From: Octopus sinensis | Taxonomy: Eukaryota | Length of the DNA stretch: 64,000 nt | Direction of reading: 5' to 3' | Assembly: GCF_006345805.1 (NCBI RefSeq) | Contig: NC_043001.1 | Span: 89,218,001 to 89,282,000 of the forward strand | Shown here: piece by piece, positions 25,335 through 38,763 of the stretch | How the letters are laid out: each line of letters begins with the position of its first letter | Numbering within the stretch: position 1 is the stretch's first letter | Translations under genes and position numbers: made by a program | The notes under the pieces: generated by a model | Told to the model about the DNA's origin: nothing | Databases searched by the model: none | What the model saw: only the letters and a program-made list of their open reading frames with translations

Positions 25335-26787
25335 GTGTGTGTGTGGAAGGGCATAGTTTCATGATTAGACTGTTGCACTCATGTTCACAAGATTGTGGTT
25401 TCCATTCCTGAACCAGACAATGCACAAATTATATAGCTAAATCAAATGTCCTTGTCAAGTCTCACCAAACTATTTACTTTTTAATTTCTGCTTAAATTTA
25501 TACCTGCCAATTCAAGGGGAAGCTACTTCTAATCACTTTAGAAAAGGCAGTCACAAAATCACAATTTCAGTTGCAGTTCACATTGGAGTCTTAGTGGCAT
25601 ACCAATTTGAGCACTCAGCACATACCTATTAGCTTGAGTCACCCTGAGCAAAACCTGGAATGTAAAAAGCACCAGTTGAGCATTGGGCCTCATGGAGGCA
25701 ATGCCAGTGGCACATAAGAGAACCCATTACACTCTTGGAGTGTTGGCATTAGGAAGGGCATCCAGTCATAGAAACCATGCCAAATCAGACTGGAGTCTGG
25801 TGCAACCTCTCAGCTTACCAGCCCTGGCCAAACCATCCAACCCATGTCACCATGGACAATGGACTGTAAATGATGATGATGATATATATATGCATGTGTG
25901 TATGTGTGTGGTGTGTGTGTATGTATATAAGTATGTATGTATGTATGTATGTATGTATGTATGTATGTATGTTTACATGTATATATATACATATATCTTT
26001 TATCTTTTACTTGTTTCAGTCATTAGACTGTGGCCATGCTAGGGCACCACCTTCAAGAATTTTTGGGGGGTCAAATGCATTAATCCCAGTACTTATTTTT
26101 TTAAAGTTTGAGACTTATTCTATTGGTCCCTTTTGCCAAATCACTAAGTTACAGAGACGTAAACACACACCTCCAGTTGTCAAGCAGTGGGAGGGGAGAC
26201 AAGCACAGACACACACACATATTTATGTATATATGCCAGTCTTCTTTCAGTTTCTGTTTACCAAATCCGCTCACAAAGCTTTGGTTGACCCAGGGTTATA
26301 GTAGAAGACACTTGTCCAAGGTGCACACATTGGGACGGAATCTGAGACCATGTGGTTGGGAAACAAACTGCTCACCATGTAGTCATGCCTGCATCGATCT
26401 ACAGATATTTTTATCCAACATTGTGTGTTATGATGCATGTAAACATATGTATATATATATAAGGCAAGATGTGTGTGTGTGTACATGATTGTAGTTTATG
26501 CACATCCACAAATTAGCACTATATCACTCAAATTTTAGGAGGACATTCGTCAACACCCTATCTGGGTTTTGTCAACATATTTTTTTCCCAAGGCACCCAT
26601 GGATAGCGGTAAAAATCTATTTTCAGCCATAGCTTTTAGTGGTAAAAATCTATTTTCAGCCATAGCTTTTTGACGGCATCTAACAAAAAAAAAAAAACAA
26701 GATAAAGAAAAGTGGAAGAGAGGCAGATAGTTTTGCGGGAAAAACAAAGTGAGAGAGGGAGAGAGAGAGAGTAAGTGACAACATTCA

Positions 26788-27150
26788 TCTCTATATATAC
26801 AAATGGCAAAATGTCTCTGTGTGTGTCCTTTATACAAATGCACAATATTTCAGTTAGAGGGCTTGCACTTTCTATGGTCATTCAAAACTGTCCAAGGGTG
26901 GTTGTGCACATCTTTACATTTCCCTAGTCACCCCGCAAAGCCATTAAAAATCAATAGAAGTGACTTTTTTGTGAATTTTCTATCCAAAACCCAATCAAAA
27001 TGCTTGAAACTTGATACGCCAATTGAATGCCAGCTAGCTGTATGTGATTGGTCGGAGATTTGGACAGTACTCACATGTATGTCTGCATGCACGCAGCTGT
27101 ATATGCATGCACTAGCACTATGACCCAGTAACGCTGGGTCATAGTTCTAG
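26788..27150 (+). mobile_element. Complete non-autonomous Helitron (363 bp)
   Basis: A|TCTCTATATATAC 5' end. Perfect 12-bp hairpin ACTATGACCCAG-taacg-CTGGGTCATAGT (27117-27145), then CTAG|T. A/T target with no TSD. Confidence 0.85.
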
Positions 27151-27699
27151 TAAAAAATAAAATGTAAAATGTTTTGTTTTTTCTTAAACACAAGATATAG
27201 TGTTCAAATTCAGGATGTTTTTGAAAGACATTATATTTTATAATCATAGTATATATACTTTCTCACACAACAATTACAATATATATATTTTAAATCATTC
27301 ATCTTTCTCCCTCCTCTCTGTCTCTCTCACACACATTACTTTTGGTGCGAAAGAGTTTTGTTTTTATTTTACGCCGAGTAAAAAAGGGTTTTGTTGAGAA
27401 TTCATTTATTTAACAACAAAGAAACAAAAAGGGTTTTGTAGCATATTAGGAGGCCAGAGTAGTTGATTCTATGCAAAAAAACCGATTTTTTTTCTATGTG
27501 AAAATCATGTGAACTGTTAATCTACAAATTTAACAACATTTTTTCCAATCATTTTTGTTTATGAACATGTATGCATGCACAAAACATCAATAGGTGTATG
27601 TACGTACGTGTGTGTATGTGTGTTCGTGTCTGTTGCCCATATATATTTATATTATATTATATTATATTATATATATAATATATATATATAATATATATA

Positions 27700-27840
27700 A
27701 TATATGTATAATATAACCAATTTCAATGGATTTTGCCCAAATTTGACGTCGATATTACTTAGTTTGGTTTGAAATAAAGAACTTGATTAGCTTAATAATC
27801 ATAACTTAATCCCGGGCAAGGCCAGGTTATACTGCTAATT
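27700..27840 (+). mobile_element. Degenerate Helitron 3' end
   Basis: CCCGGGCAAGGCCAGGTTATACTGCTAAT resembles the CCCGGGCAACGCCGGG...CTAGT hairpin-plus-CTAG terminus. Confidence 0.45.
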
Positions 27841-29699
27841 ACATCTCTTATACCTTGTATGTTCATGGACAGAAAAAGAAAGAACAGCTGTACATTTCAC
27901 AAATTTCGACTTCTTTGTCAGTAGTTGTGCACTTTCTTTTACTATCCATGAGCACATTGCTTACAAACCCAATGATGATGAACATCATCATCATCATTTA
28001 ACGTTTGTTTCTCATGCTGGCAGGGGTCAGACAGTTTGACAGAGGCTGACTAAGCAGAAGACTGCACCAGGTTTCATTGTCTTTTTTGGCAAGGCTTTTA
28101 TGGCTGGATGCCCTTCCTAACACCAACCAACTTACAGAGTGGACTGAGTGCTTTTTACTTGGCATCAGCGCTGATATTGGTTTCAAATTTTGGTGCAAGG
28201 CCCACTAGTTTGGGAGAAGGAGTAAGTCGATTACATCAACCCCAGTATTCAACTGCTACTTATTTTATCAACCTTGAAAGGAAGGAAGGCAAAATCAACC
28301 TCAGTGCAGTTTGAACTTTGAATGTAAGGACTGTTGAACTGTTTAGCACTTTGCCCAGCATATTAATGATTCAACCTGCCTGCTGCCTTTATAAATCCTC
28401 TGATATTTCTACTCTAGGCACAAGGCCTCAAATCTTTTGTGGGGTAACAGTCGGTTAGATCAACCCCAGTATGCAACTGGTATTTAATTTATTGACCCCA
28501 AAAGGATGAAAGGTAAAGTTGACCTTGGTGGAATTTGAACTCAGAATGTAAACGCAGACAAACTACCGCTAAGCATTTTGCCCAGTGTGCTAACGTTTCT
28601 GCCAGCTCCCTGCCTACCAACCCACTGATATTAGTGGCTAAACTAAGCTGGATTGACCAAATGAGATGAAAGAGCAGTTAGACTTTAAATATATCAGCTA
28701 AAGTGTGCATAAGGATATAACTGTGACTGTATGGACCTGTAAAGAGTGTGTGCATATTGTCTGTAACTGTGTATATGATTGTGTGTAAATGTGTGTGTGT
28801 GTGTGTGCATATGTGTGTTTGGCTATGTGTGCATGTATGTGTAGCTGCTATATGTAGCTATGTATATATGTGCATATGTTTGCTAAAATGTATTCATGCA
28901 TCCGTATATCTTTCTTATTTCTATACTGCCCACAAGGGGCTACACACAGAGGGGACAAACAAGGACAGACAAACGGATTAAGTTGATTATATCAACTCCA
29001 GTGCATAGCTGGTACTTATTTAATTGACCCCGAAAGGATGAAAGACAAAGTCAACCTCGGCGGAATTTGAGCTCAGAACGTAGCGGCAGACGAAATACTG
29101 CTAAGCATTTCGCCCGGCCAGCTCGCCGCTTTGTGTATATCTTTCTTTGTGTGTGTGTGTGTGTGTGTGTGTGCGTGCGTGTGCGTATGTGTGTGTGTGC
29201 GTGTGTGTGTGTGTGTGTGTATGTTTGAGCATGTGTTTAAGTGCGTGCATGTGTGTTAACTATAAAGCAAAACATATGAAAGCTATTATTTACCTTTTAA
29301 GAAGTTGGTGATGCTATAGCAGTAACTATTGTTATTGTTGCTGGTGGTGGGGTGGGGGAGGGCAGCGTTTGTTGTCATCATCCAGGCTGTCAAACTGTTC
29401 TAGTAAAACTCCACAATGATAGATACTACGTCTTCAATCACCACAACCACCACCTAAGATGGCTATTGTAATTAATTTCTCCAGACTATTGTTTAATCAG
29501 CCAGACCTTGTAAATCCAGTGTCACTGGTATTGTCGTTGGTATTGTTGTTGTTGGTGGTGGTGGTAGAATTAGTATTATTGCTTCTAGGTTTGATTATGT
29601 TATGATAGAGGTAAAGTTGGTATGTTATTGATGTCATTGATAGTCTTTATGTTATCGTGTGCACATGTGTGTGTGTGTGTTTTTGCCTCTCCTTGTCTT

Positions 29700-30185
29700 G
29701 ACATTGTACAGTATTTGTGCATCAAGATCTTGATGCAGTCTCAGCTTTGCTGGGCAGGGCACATACCTCATATGTCAGATAATCGATTACCAAAAAGATT
29801 GCACTTTGGCGAGCTGCAAAAGGGAAAGCGCTCACAAGGCGGCCAGAAGAAGCGCTTTAAGGACACACTGAAAGTCTCACTGAAAGCCTTCAACATCAAC
29901 CATGACACTTAGGAGCAGTCTGTTCTAGACAGAGAAGAGTGGCGATCAGCTGTCCACAAGGGTGCCAACACATGCGAGACCAATAAGATCATTGCTGCAG
30001 AAGACCGCAGACAAGCCAGGAAGAACAGAGCTAACAACCCTGTGGCAGATGCTACCATTCACTGACCACACTGTCAAAGACTCTTTCGAGCACAGATTGG
30101 CCTCACTAGCCATCTGTGGACTCACAAAACAAGCCCACCCCTACCCCAGGATGACTAGATGACCTTTGTCGCATCGACGGACAAA
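29700..30185 (+). mobile_element. Second RTE family (BovB-like), 3' fragment with C2H2-like end
   Basis: LMQSQLCWAGHIPHMSDNRLPKRLHFGELQKGKRSQGGQKKRFKDTLKVSLK..., then (C)PHCQRLFRAQIGLTSHLWTH, and tail GATGACTAGATGACC..GACGGACAAAC. Confidence 0.85.
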
Positions 30186-31879
30186 CTACAGTATTTGTAA
30201 ACAAACACCACCATCATGCCAGTGTTGTTGTTTGTTTCCAGTCTTCCTTGAAAACATGTCAGGTCATAGGAAAATACTACCTTAGTTGGTAACATATATG
30301 GATTAGGCCATAGGAAGGGTATCCATCTGGAGAAAATCTGACTCAACGAATTCTGTCTGACTCATACAAGCATAGGAAAGTAGACATTTAAAACAATGAT
30401 GATGATAATGTTGGTGATGGTAGTAGTTAGGACATCTAGCAATAATATTAAAATATTTAATATTTGTGATTATGACATCTTTTAAATGTGTTACATCTGT
30501 TGGTGGCATGACAATGTTTGTGAATAGTGTTATATTAGTAGCATTCTGATGTTAAAACATCTGTTCATTGAGAATATGACATCTGTTGATTGAGTTAATA
30601 AATTTATCACTGGCTTTCAGTCATTTTTTAGTATGAGGAAAAACTCATTGATAATGGTAAATGCTTTGTCATTGTAATTAAAGCATTTTCTAAAGAATAA
30701 GACATTTATTATAAGATATTAGGATAAAACCTCTCTCAACAACCCAAAGATACAGTAACTACACAAATCTTGGAAACAATATGGTACCTCATCCTCTTAT
30801 CATGGAAACCGCATTTACAATGCTCAAATGCTTAAATATTCCACAAACACCAGGCCTCACAGGGTTTAAGGATATCTTATGGTGATCCTACATATATATA
30901 ACTCTACCAAAGCTCCACCACAAAGACTCAGACACCTCTACTGAACCAAGAAACATTGAATTCCTGGTCATTTTCTGATCTTCTACAAAGTAACATCTAC
31001 ATTGTTGTACTACTCACATCTATGAAATACCTCTGCTGTTGAGCTACGCACAACATCCAAGACCACAACCAAAAAAAATTCATTCAGTTGACTGGTAAAT
31101 ATACTTCCACCAACGGACTACAACTATTGACTTACAGAGGGGTTTGTGTCTTGGCTCTGTTTCTTCTGTTGCTACTATAATAACATATATTAAATGTGGG
31201 ATGCCAGCTATTAATTTGTTGTCAGTTATGTTCCTTTATACTGGTGTAGTGAGGCACAAAGAAGCCAGTGCTATTTTGAAACTGCGAGATCTTGCCTGCA
31301 ACCATTGCCATACACAAGACAAAAACAAGATCTTGCCTGCAACTATTATTTAAGGAAAAGACATTTTCCCTCTCATTCTTCTCATGTTGACGCCAAGCAA
31401 GACTTTGAAGCTAGGAGCTCACAGTGGACTTTTGTACCGCTGTGATACCACACGCATTGTCTCCAGAGGTTATTGAACCTCACATGTATGGGATAGAAGG
31501 CTAACTATGCACTGCTGTGAAGATGGTTACTGAAAGCAAACCCCTTGTACGAAGCACCTGTGAATAAACAGTTATTGAATTTACTCTACCTGAGAGCTTC
31601 ATTCTTTGTATTTCCAGCTCTTTGAATCAACAGAATAATTATAATGGAAGAAGATACCCCAAAAGTATCATAAAAACCTTCCTTCTATTATACAGGCATC
31701 TGATCTTCCAATGGCTTGTAGGGCTGTGTCTGACTGAATATAAATGCTGTCAATACTATTTGTTGGTCTAGTTGTTAGGATGTTGCACTCACAATCACAA
31801 TTCCCAGACTGACTGGGCATTGTGTTCTTGAGCAAAACACATCATTTCACATTGTTCCAGTCCACTCAGCTGTATATGG

Positions 31880-32290
31880 GTAACCTTGTGACAGATTGAC
31901 ATACAAGGGTGAGATTGGGACCCAGGAAAATCATCCAAATAGAGGTCTCATGGGCCATGTTTTGTATTCGGCAGTTGAAAGGATGAATAGTACAACCTAA
32001 CTGATTGGGATTGGTTGTTCGACTATGTCGATGATCAAAAGACAACCTGTGATCAGTGGGCAGGAAGTATTAAAATACTAGAGTTGACTTTTTATTATAG
32101 ATCTTTTGAATATGGGGTTACGTACTCAACTGTAGAGTAACAGAGAGCCAGGGCAGTTGAACATAGGGTCCAAGGAATTGCACCCCATCATGATTTTGTA
32201 GGGTTGTTGATCATATTGTTGCAAGCACTTCTATCTTTGTCTTTTAGGTGTGAATCTTGAAACTGAAGTTTCCACATGACACCTCATGTC
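31880..32290 (-). mobile_element. Ingi/Vingi-type LINE fragment (not in the ORF track)
   Basis: Manual minus-strand translation: SACNNMINNPTKS*WGAIPWTLCSTALALCYSTVEYVTP...NTSCPLITGCL matches the WGAxxxTLRxTALALCYSxAEY..P..ITGCL signature. Confidence 0.7.
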
Positions 32291-32523
32291 CTCTCTATTG
32301 TATTACACAAAATACATGTCTTCACTATTGGAAAAACTTTGAACTCTGACCTAGTATAACTCAATATTTTTCACAAATGTTGTACTCAATCCTTAGTCAA
32401 GACACTTGGGTCTACTTAAACTTGATTTGTTGCTTATTGTCATTATTATGTTCCTATCTCCTTTGATATTTTATATGAAGATGTGAGAAAACAATAACGA
32501 AACCTACTTTTTGTTTATTGCAG

Positions 32524-32659
32524 AAAACGATGCTTTATTTGAGTGCTGCTCCAGATAAATTATTACTTGGGGCTGAACTGTTTGACTTGAAGAAGAAATA
32601 CAATGATGGTTATTACAGAGATTTCAACATTGATGACCTGGAGAACTTCCAAGGAGCAG
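32524..32659 (+). CDS. ANO10: Anoctamin-10 coding exon A (first one found; KTMLYLSAAPDKLLLGAELFDLKKKYNDGYYRDFNIDDLENFQGA)
   Basis: tttttgtttattgcAG acceptor and G|GTACC donor; 136 nt, phase 0 to 1. Aligns to the recalled human ANO10 segment NLYLVGAS..LLGAEAVGL.KECND...F......NFKG. Confidence 0.85.
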
Positions 32660-35600
32660 GTACCAGGAAATGTTTAATAATCATATATTTAAAATACTAT
32701 TTTCTAACTATGATGACAATTTGGTATTGGGGGTTAATGTTTAGATAAGTGTTCAACTCAAACCACGCATTTAACCTTGCAGCCAAGATTGTTTTGTTTT
32801 TTCATTTTCTTTTTCCATTTTAGTCAGGAAGAAGTGGTACTGCTCATAGCTTTTGCAGGCTTTTCCAGGACTGATGAAGTTGATACTATTGATGTTCACA
32901 TTGACTTATTGTAGGCTGATGTCTGTAGAAAAAATGTAAACAGAAACGTAAAACCTATCTAAGCAGTACCATGGTAAAGTTACTGTAATACAAAAGAACA
33001 CAGGCTAGACTGAATTTTTAGTAGATAGCCTTTCTTGAATTTGAACCTTGAATGTTTAAGCTTGAAAGTCAAAACCACTAGCAAATAAATACTATATTTG
33101 TTAATGTTACCCAGAGATAATTGCCAATACTGATTAATATATTCACTAAATATTAACCAGAGTTAATTTTGGTTATATCACTGAGCTCTGTTTTAACACC
33201 TACTGACATTGTTTTCCAAGCCAGTTGCTTTTAACACCAGTTTTGGATAGGTGTTGACAGACAAAAAAGAAAATTTGATTTTTACACCAAAAGGACCCAT
33301 GGAATATTCTGGAACTTTTTAGTGAGGTTATAGAAAGGCTGGAGTTCAGCTCCCCATTGGAATTTTTCTCATTGCAGTTGGGGCCAAATGTCTTTAAACC
33401 CACTTTTAATAAAATAATTTTCATCCCTCAACTTTCTCTCTAAGAAATTATTCTTGTTGTAACCAGGGACTGTCCTGTATTTATATGAAATCATTGAATT
33501 CTCATCTTACAGCAATTTCACAATTTCTTATACACACATATCATACATAAAACAAACTGTACCTATATATATATAAATGTTAGGTTGTTATTAATAAACA
33601 TTGTTGAAGGTAATTCTTTCTTCTCAACCTGTTATTACAGATTGAAATGTAATTCAAAATGAAGGAATTATTTCCTTCCTGCCACTAGCCTGAGTTTTCA
33701 TTTTGTCCAAACAATTATTGCACACACAACCTTTAACTTTCACAAAATAAATCACAATAAGATCCTAATTACTGTCAAGGACTTGATTTCAATGCAGTTC
33801 CTGTTGAACATGTCACGGTGTCAAAGAGACTTTGTAATGGATAGCACTACAAGAAACCGGCTCAGACAGGTACATTTCTAGCCTCTAGACCAGAGTTCTT
33901 CAACTAAAGTACTGTAACATACTTGCATCCTACGTATATCATGAGAGTGTGCAGCATGGTTCTGTGGGGAGTTGGAAAATGCCATAATATTTGAGTGTGT
34001 TTTTATACCATGCACTGATGCATGTGTTCTTCTTTGAGGCTAAGTTGAACACATGCACATAAGATGGTTTTAATACTTTTTCCTTTACGTTGTAAAACTT
34101 CTTAATAGCTAATGGTGTGCTGTTACACTTTTAGTACTTTACTCCATGTGCTGAAGATAAAAAAAATTTTTGAAAAATCAATGCTTTATACAATGTTCTA
34201 ATTATGGCATTACAGCGTAGGATTAAGTTGAAATTTAACAGACTATTTTTGCTTATGCTAATTTCAGAATGAAGGACAGAGTTGATGGTTTGTTGCGTGC
34301 AAAGCAACCATACCTTTGACTCCTAAGTAGGTTATTATTCAGTGGAAATACAGGAAGAGATGTTTGGATGGGTTGATATATTGGAGGTGTTGATTTTTTG
34401 TAAGTCATTGATGTGAAAAAAAATGTAGAAGAGGCATAAAGAAAGGTCTGGAAACAAGTTATGGTGGAAATGAAGTATTTTCATATTTATTTTTCAACCC
34501 TGATGTTCTATCAGAAATATTGGAACAAATCTCCCATTAGATTACATACTTTACTCATCCTAAATATTCAGAGGTTTGCTGGATTTCTTTTTTTTTTTTC
34601 CACATTATTTTTTCATATAAAGCAAGTGACCAACGAAAATTCCATTTGGACAGAAATATTTTAATTAAATGCAAATTTAAAGGAGTGCTTAGTTATGCCA
34701 TAAATTACCAATGGTGTTGGCCTTTACTTCCCAAGATCTGCCAGATGTCACATCCTTGATTATTGTCTATCATTGTGTTAGCTATTTACATGACATTGGT
34801 ATATATAGGGCATTTTTTCTGTGTGTATACAAGACTAACAGCAATACAATCACCCTGCTCTATTCACTGTCTATTGTCTTCATTGTCAATTTGTGTGTAA
34901 TTTTGCTTTACTTTCCCACAAAGTTTTCTATTAATTTCCCTATGCAGTGTTAACTTTGTCACAGGTTACACAAATAAATTAGCAAAACAATGTGGTATTT
35001 AGAAGTATTTAGAAGTATTTTGAAGTACCTACCAGTAAGGAACATCTAAGATTTAGTCAATCATTTATTGTCTTAGGTTCCTTTTGGTGAAATCTTAACA
35101 GCATATATTATATTTTTTAATTTTTATAATTACATCATGAAAGAGGTATTTTAGCTATTTAAAAACATACAAAAACATACTAATCATTTTCAAACATTTG
35201 TTTTTTAGTACATTGTACAATGAAGTGTCAAAATAAAGTTTCATCATGCTTCAGCAACCTAGTCATTAACACACTTCCACTGCATCACAAATCACTCGTC
35301 AAACAAGTACAACTGTGAAATATTTTAATCATGTTTAGCTGATTAACTCCAATACAAAGACACAACAATAAACACAAGAAAACACTAGAACATGGAAAAA
35401 AAACAATGGAAATACAAGACTTAAAATAAAATTATACATCAACTGACTGAAGCAAGTAAAAGAATAAAAGAGTAAGAGAATAGTATTCTGTTGATGTCAT
35501 ACGAATTTAATTAACTTTCAAGAGACTGTAAACTTATTCTTTTGTAAAAATATTTCGAAACATACACGTACAGCTATATATAATAGCATAAGCACCCATT

Positions 35601-35757
35601 ACACACTTGGAGTGGTTGGCATTTGGAAGGGCATCCAGCTGTAGAAACCATGTTAAATCAGACTGGAACCAGATGCAGTTCTCTGGTTTACCAGTTCCAG
35701 TCAAACCATCTAATCCATGCTAGCATGGAAAGCAGATCCTAAATTATGAGATGATGG

Positions 35758-35800
<43 letters not shown>

Positions 35801-36683
35801 CTGTGCGCTTTGAGATATTCCAAAAAGGAATTAGTATACAATTGTATACATTACTACCACAAACTTCACTCACAGTTTTGTACATCTACAGGTTTGAGTT
35901 GAGATCGAATAAGTGAAGTTAACAATGATACCTAAACTCACTCTCAAAAAACCCTGTCAGAGAGGTTGCATAAAAAGATATTTTGTGCATATATTTGTAC
36001 AATACACAAGGTTTGTAAGTTATTTACTATACATACTGCTCTCTCTTTCTCTCTCTTCCTCTCCTCTCTCCTTTCTCCTTCTCTCTCTCTCTTCCCCAAT
36101 GACCTATTGTGGTTAAGCATCCAATTGCTCTTGAAACGTCCAATGCAGAATTTCCAAACAACCACACAAGAACTAATGATATATACTTGTGTTTATCTCT
36201 TACATTATTTCTCTGTATCATAACTAGTAATACTGCTGAGTATAGTAGTTGCTTAACTACTGTACTGGAAGCAGACTAGATGATGATAATCAACATGGAG
36301 CATGGAGCTCTAAATTAAATCATGTCAATCATAAATCAATTTGCACACACAAGACAGGCTATGCGCACATATATGCACACGCACTCACAGATATTGAAAG
36401 TAGGCCACAACATTTCAGATACCATATTTGAGTATTTGAGGAGCTCTCTGGATGTGGTTGTAGGTGTTAGTACATTGATGTATAGATTGGATACAGGATC
36501 CTTTAGAATCTAGGCATATCAACAAGAAGTTAGTGAAGAGACCATCTTCTAGTTTTATCTTGCCTGTTTATACATGTTTAAAATTTAACCTGAAGATGGT
36601 GGACCTATGCTATGATGTAATTTATGAATGCATCAATAAAATGCTACCAAATTTCAAATCCCACATGTATTCTTCTTACACAG

Positions 36684-36717
<34 letters not shown>

Positions 36718-36942
36718 ACACACATGCACACACACACACACACATACACACCAAGGAAGTCATATGCTAATTAGGGATTATATAATTCAAGGTATTCCAC
36801 TGGTTTAATCCATATCATATAATGCGAAAATCATTGGTATATATTTAGGATTATTGAAATTATCAATATTGGGGGAAAAAGAAGAAGAGAGTGGAGAATA
36901 AATAGATGTAATTACTAATTCATTTCCTTCTTGTTTTTCCCC

Positions 36943-36975
<33 letters not shown>

Positions 36976-37006
36976 CGCGAGAAAGAAGCAACAAGAATGG
37001 ATAGGT

Positions 37007-37097
37007 TTTTAGTACAATCGTTTCATACAAGGACAGGCTTTATTAAAAGTTGTAAAAATTACAGCATATAAACGTGTCCCGTACTCATCAGCTAAAA
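37007..37097 (-). ncRNA. Identical type I hammerhead motif on the opposite strand
   Basis: Exact reverse complement of 38673-38763. Confidence 0.75.
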
Positions 37098-38672
37098 TAC
37101 ATGTGAGTTCTCTAGACATCCTAGTGGTTGAGGCTATACTCATGAAGTAATGTAGATAATTAAGTAACATAAACAGATTTCCAAAGTTCATTAAAATATT
37201 TTAAATGATTAGAATATCCGTAACTAGATAGATAGATATAACTTGATTTCTACTAGTATAGCACTGCTTTAAGTAGATAACTAAGAGTTCTCACACCACA
37301 GTTATCTTTTTCCTTATATCTGCATCAGTTTTTAGGGAACAGGGAAATGAATAGTACTTATATGCTGCTTAATTGAGGCTTTACCTAATTTCAAACTCAT
37401 AATCTTTTAAATTCTTAATTTTAAATCTTAATTGTAATTTTTAATTTTAATTCCTAACTTAATCTAATTTAAGTAGCATAACTCTAATAAAATAAAATGA
37501 GATACTATAGCCCCATAATTCTATTTCAAAATTAAATAAATAAGGCTACCCCCTCGGTGATAATATGATTATCTTCATTATGATAGACAATCCCCTAACA
37601 CCTTGTAAATGATCTTCTAAGATTTGACCTGTAGTCCGTCAATGTATGAATAATAACGGCAACTCCTTAAGACAATAAAATGAATAAATTAAATAAGTAA
37701 GTTTTATTGACTTTTTGATAAGATTATACTTAGATTTTCCTAATGTATTTTCTTTTGATTTTAGCATCTGACCCCTAAACCCCTGACTGTGTTATCTCTT
37801 TAGATTCTCTTTAAATTCATAGCTGATTTCAACAGCAATAAATTAACTGTTTTACTGGCCAAAGAATAATATTCTCCTCTAGTTCATAGATGCCTGTAAA
37901 TTAAAACCAGACTTGCCGTCTACTAATTCTTCTGGATAACTAGAACCCTCTTTTTTATTTTTATTTTTTTCCCTTCTTTCCCTATTTCTTTCTCTTTTCT
38001 CTTTTTTCTGTTTCTTCTTCTTATTCTCTTTTTCCTTTTCTCTTCTCTTTTAGTCCCCTTTCCCCCCCCCCTTTTTTTGCTCCCTCCTCCCTTATTTTCT
38101 CTCTTTTCTTCTATTCCCTTCCCTTTCTATTCTTGGCCTCTCCAGAAGGCCCTTCAGCCTTTATAAGTTAAATAGCTACAGCCTCTTGTAAATAGCAGTA
38201 ATGTGATTAATGTGGCAAATACCTAATCATATAACAAGAATTGATACCTACCTCATTGTGTTCAACCATTGATAAATTTATCGCCTGTGAATATGAAATT
38301 CCTCTTCATTTCTCTGGAAACTTACATCTACACCATTGGAAATTGTGCATCTATACAAAGGATTAATTCACCCTCTCTGTAATGCTAATAAGCAGGAATT
38401 GAGACCCACCTCGTTGTGATTAACAATGGATAAATTTGTCTTCTGTGAGTATGTAATCCCTCATCATATCTCTGGAAATTCATATGTGCTCTATGGATTA
38501 GGTCACCTTCTCTGGGATGCTATTAGAACTTTTTTAAAATTCTGTGATAAGACTGTACATCATCTTTAAAGAACTTTAATGAACTTTGGAAATCTGTTTA
38601 TGTTACTTAATTATCTACATTACTTCATGAGTATAGCCTCAACCACTAGGATGTCTAGAGAACTCACATGTA

Positions 38673-38763
38673 TTTTAGCTGATGAGTACGGGACACGTTT
38701 ATATGCTGTAATTTTTACAACTTTTAATAAAGCCTGTCCTTGTATGAAACGATTGTACTAAAA
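38673..38763 (+). ncRNA. Type I hammerhead ribozyme motif (sense to ANO10 pre-mRNA)
   Basis: Stem I TTTTAG/CTAAAA, core CTGATGA (38679-85), stem II GTACGGGACA/TGTCC(T)TGTAT, GAAA (38746-49), stem III C-GATT-G, cleavage triplet GTA (38755-57). Confidence 0.75.

Noticed and set aside
26608-26670. 33-bp tandem duplication GGTAAAAATCTATTTTCAGCCATAGCTTTT
   Set aside because: A simple slippage duplication with no further structure.
29485-29527. Candidate missing upstream ANO10 exon (LLFNQPDLVNPVSL, ends in phase 0)
   Set aside because: Only an LLF match, a weak GTATTG donor, and a phase-2 start that does not fit the expected phase-1 G|GA boundary. RNA-seq could rescue it.
31245-31630. Possible solo LTR (TGTAGTGAG...AATAAA...CAACA)
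   Set aside because: No TSD, no second copy and no PBS/PPT. The evidence is too thin.
37009-38761. Two identical 60-aa ORFs on opposite strands (37009-37191 and 38579-38761)
   Set aside because: They are a by-product of the perfect inverted repeat. There is no protein homology, and the frame overlaps the hammerhead motif.
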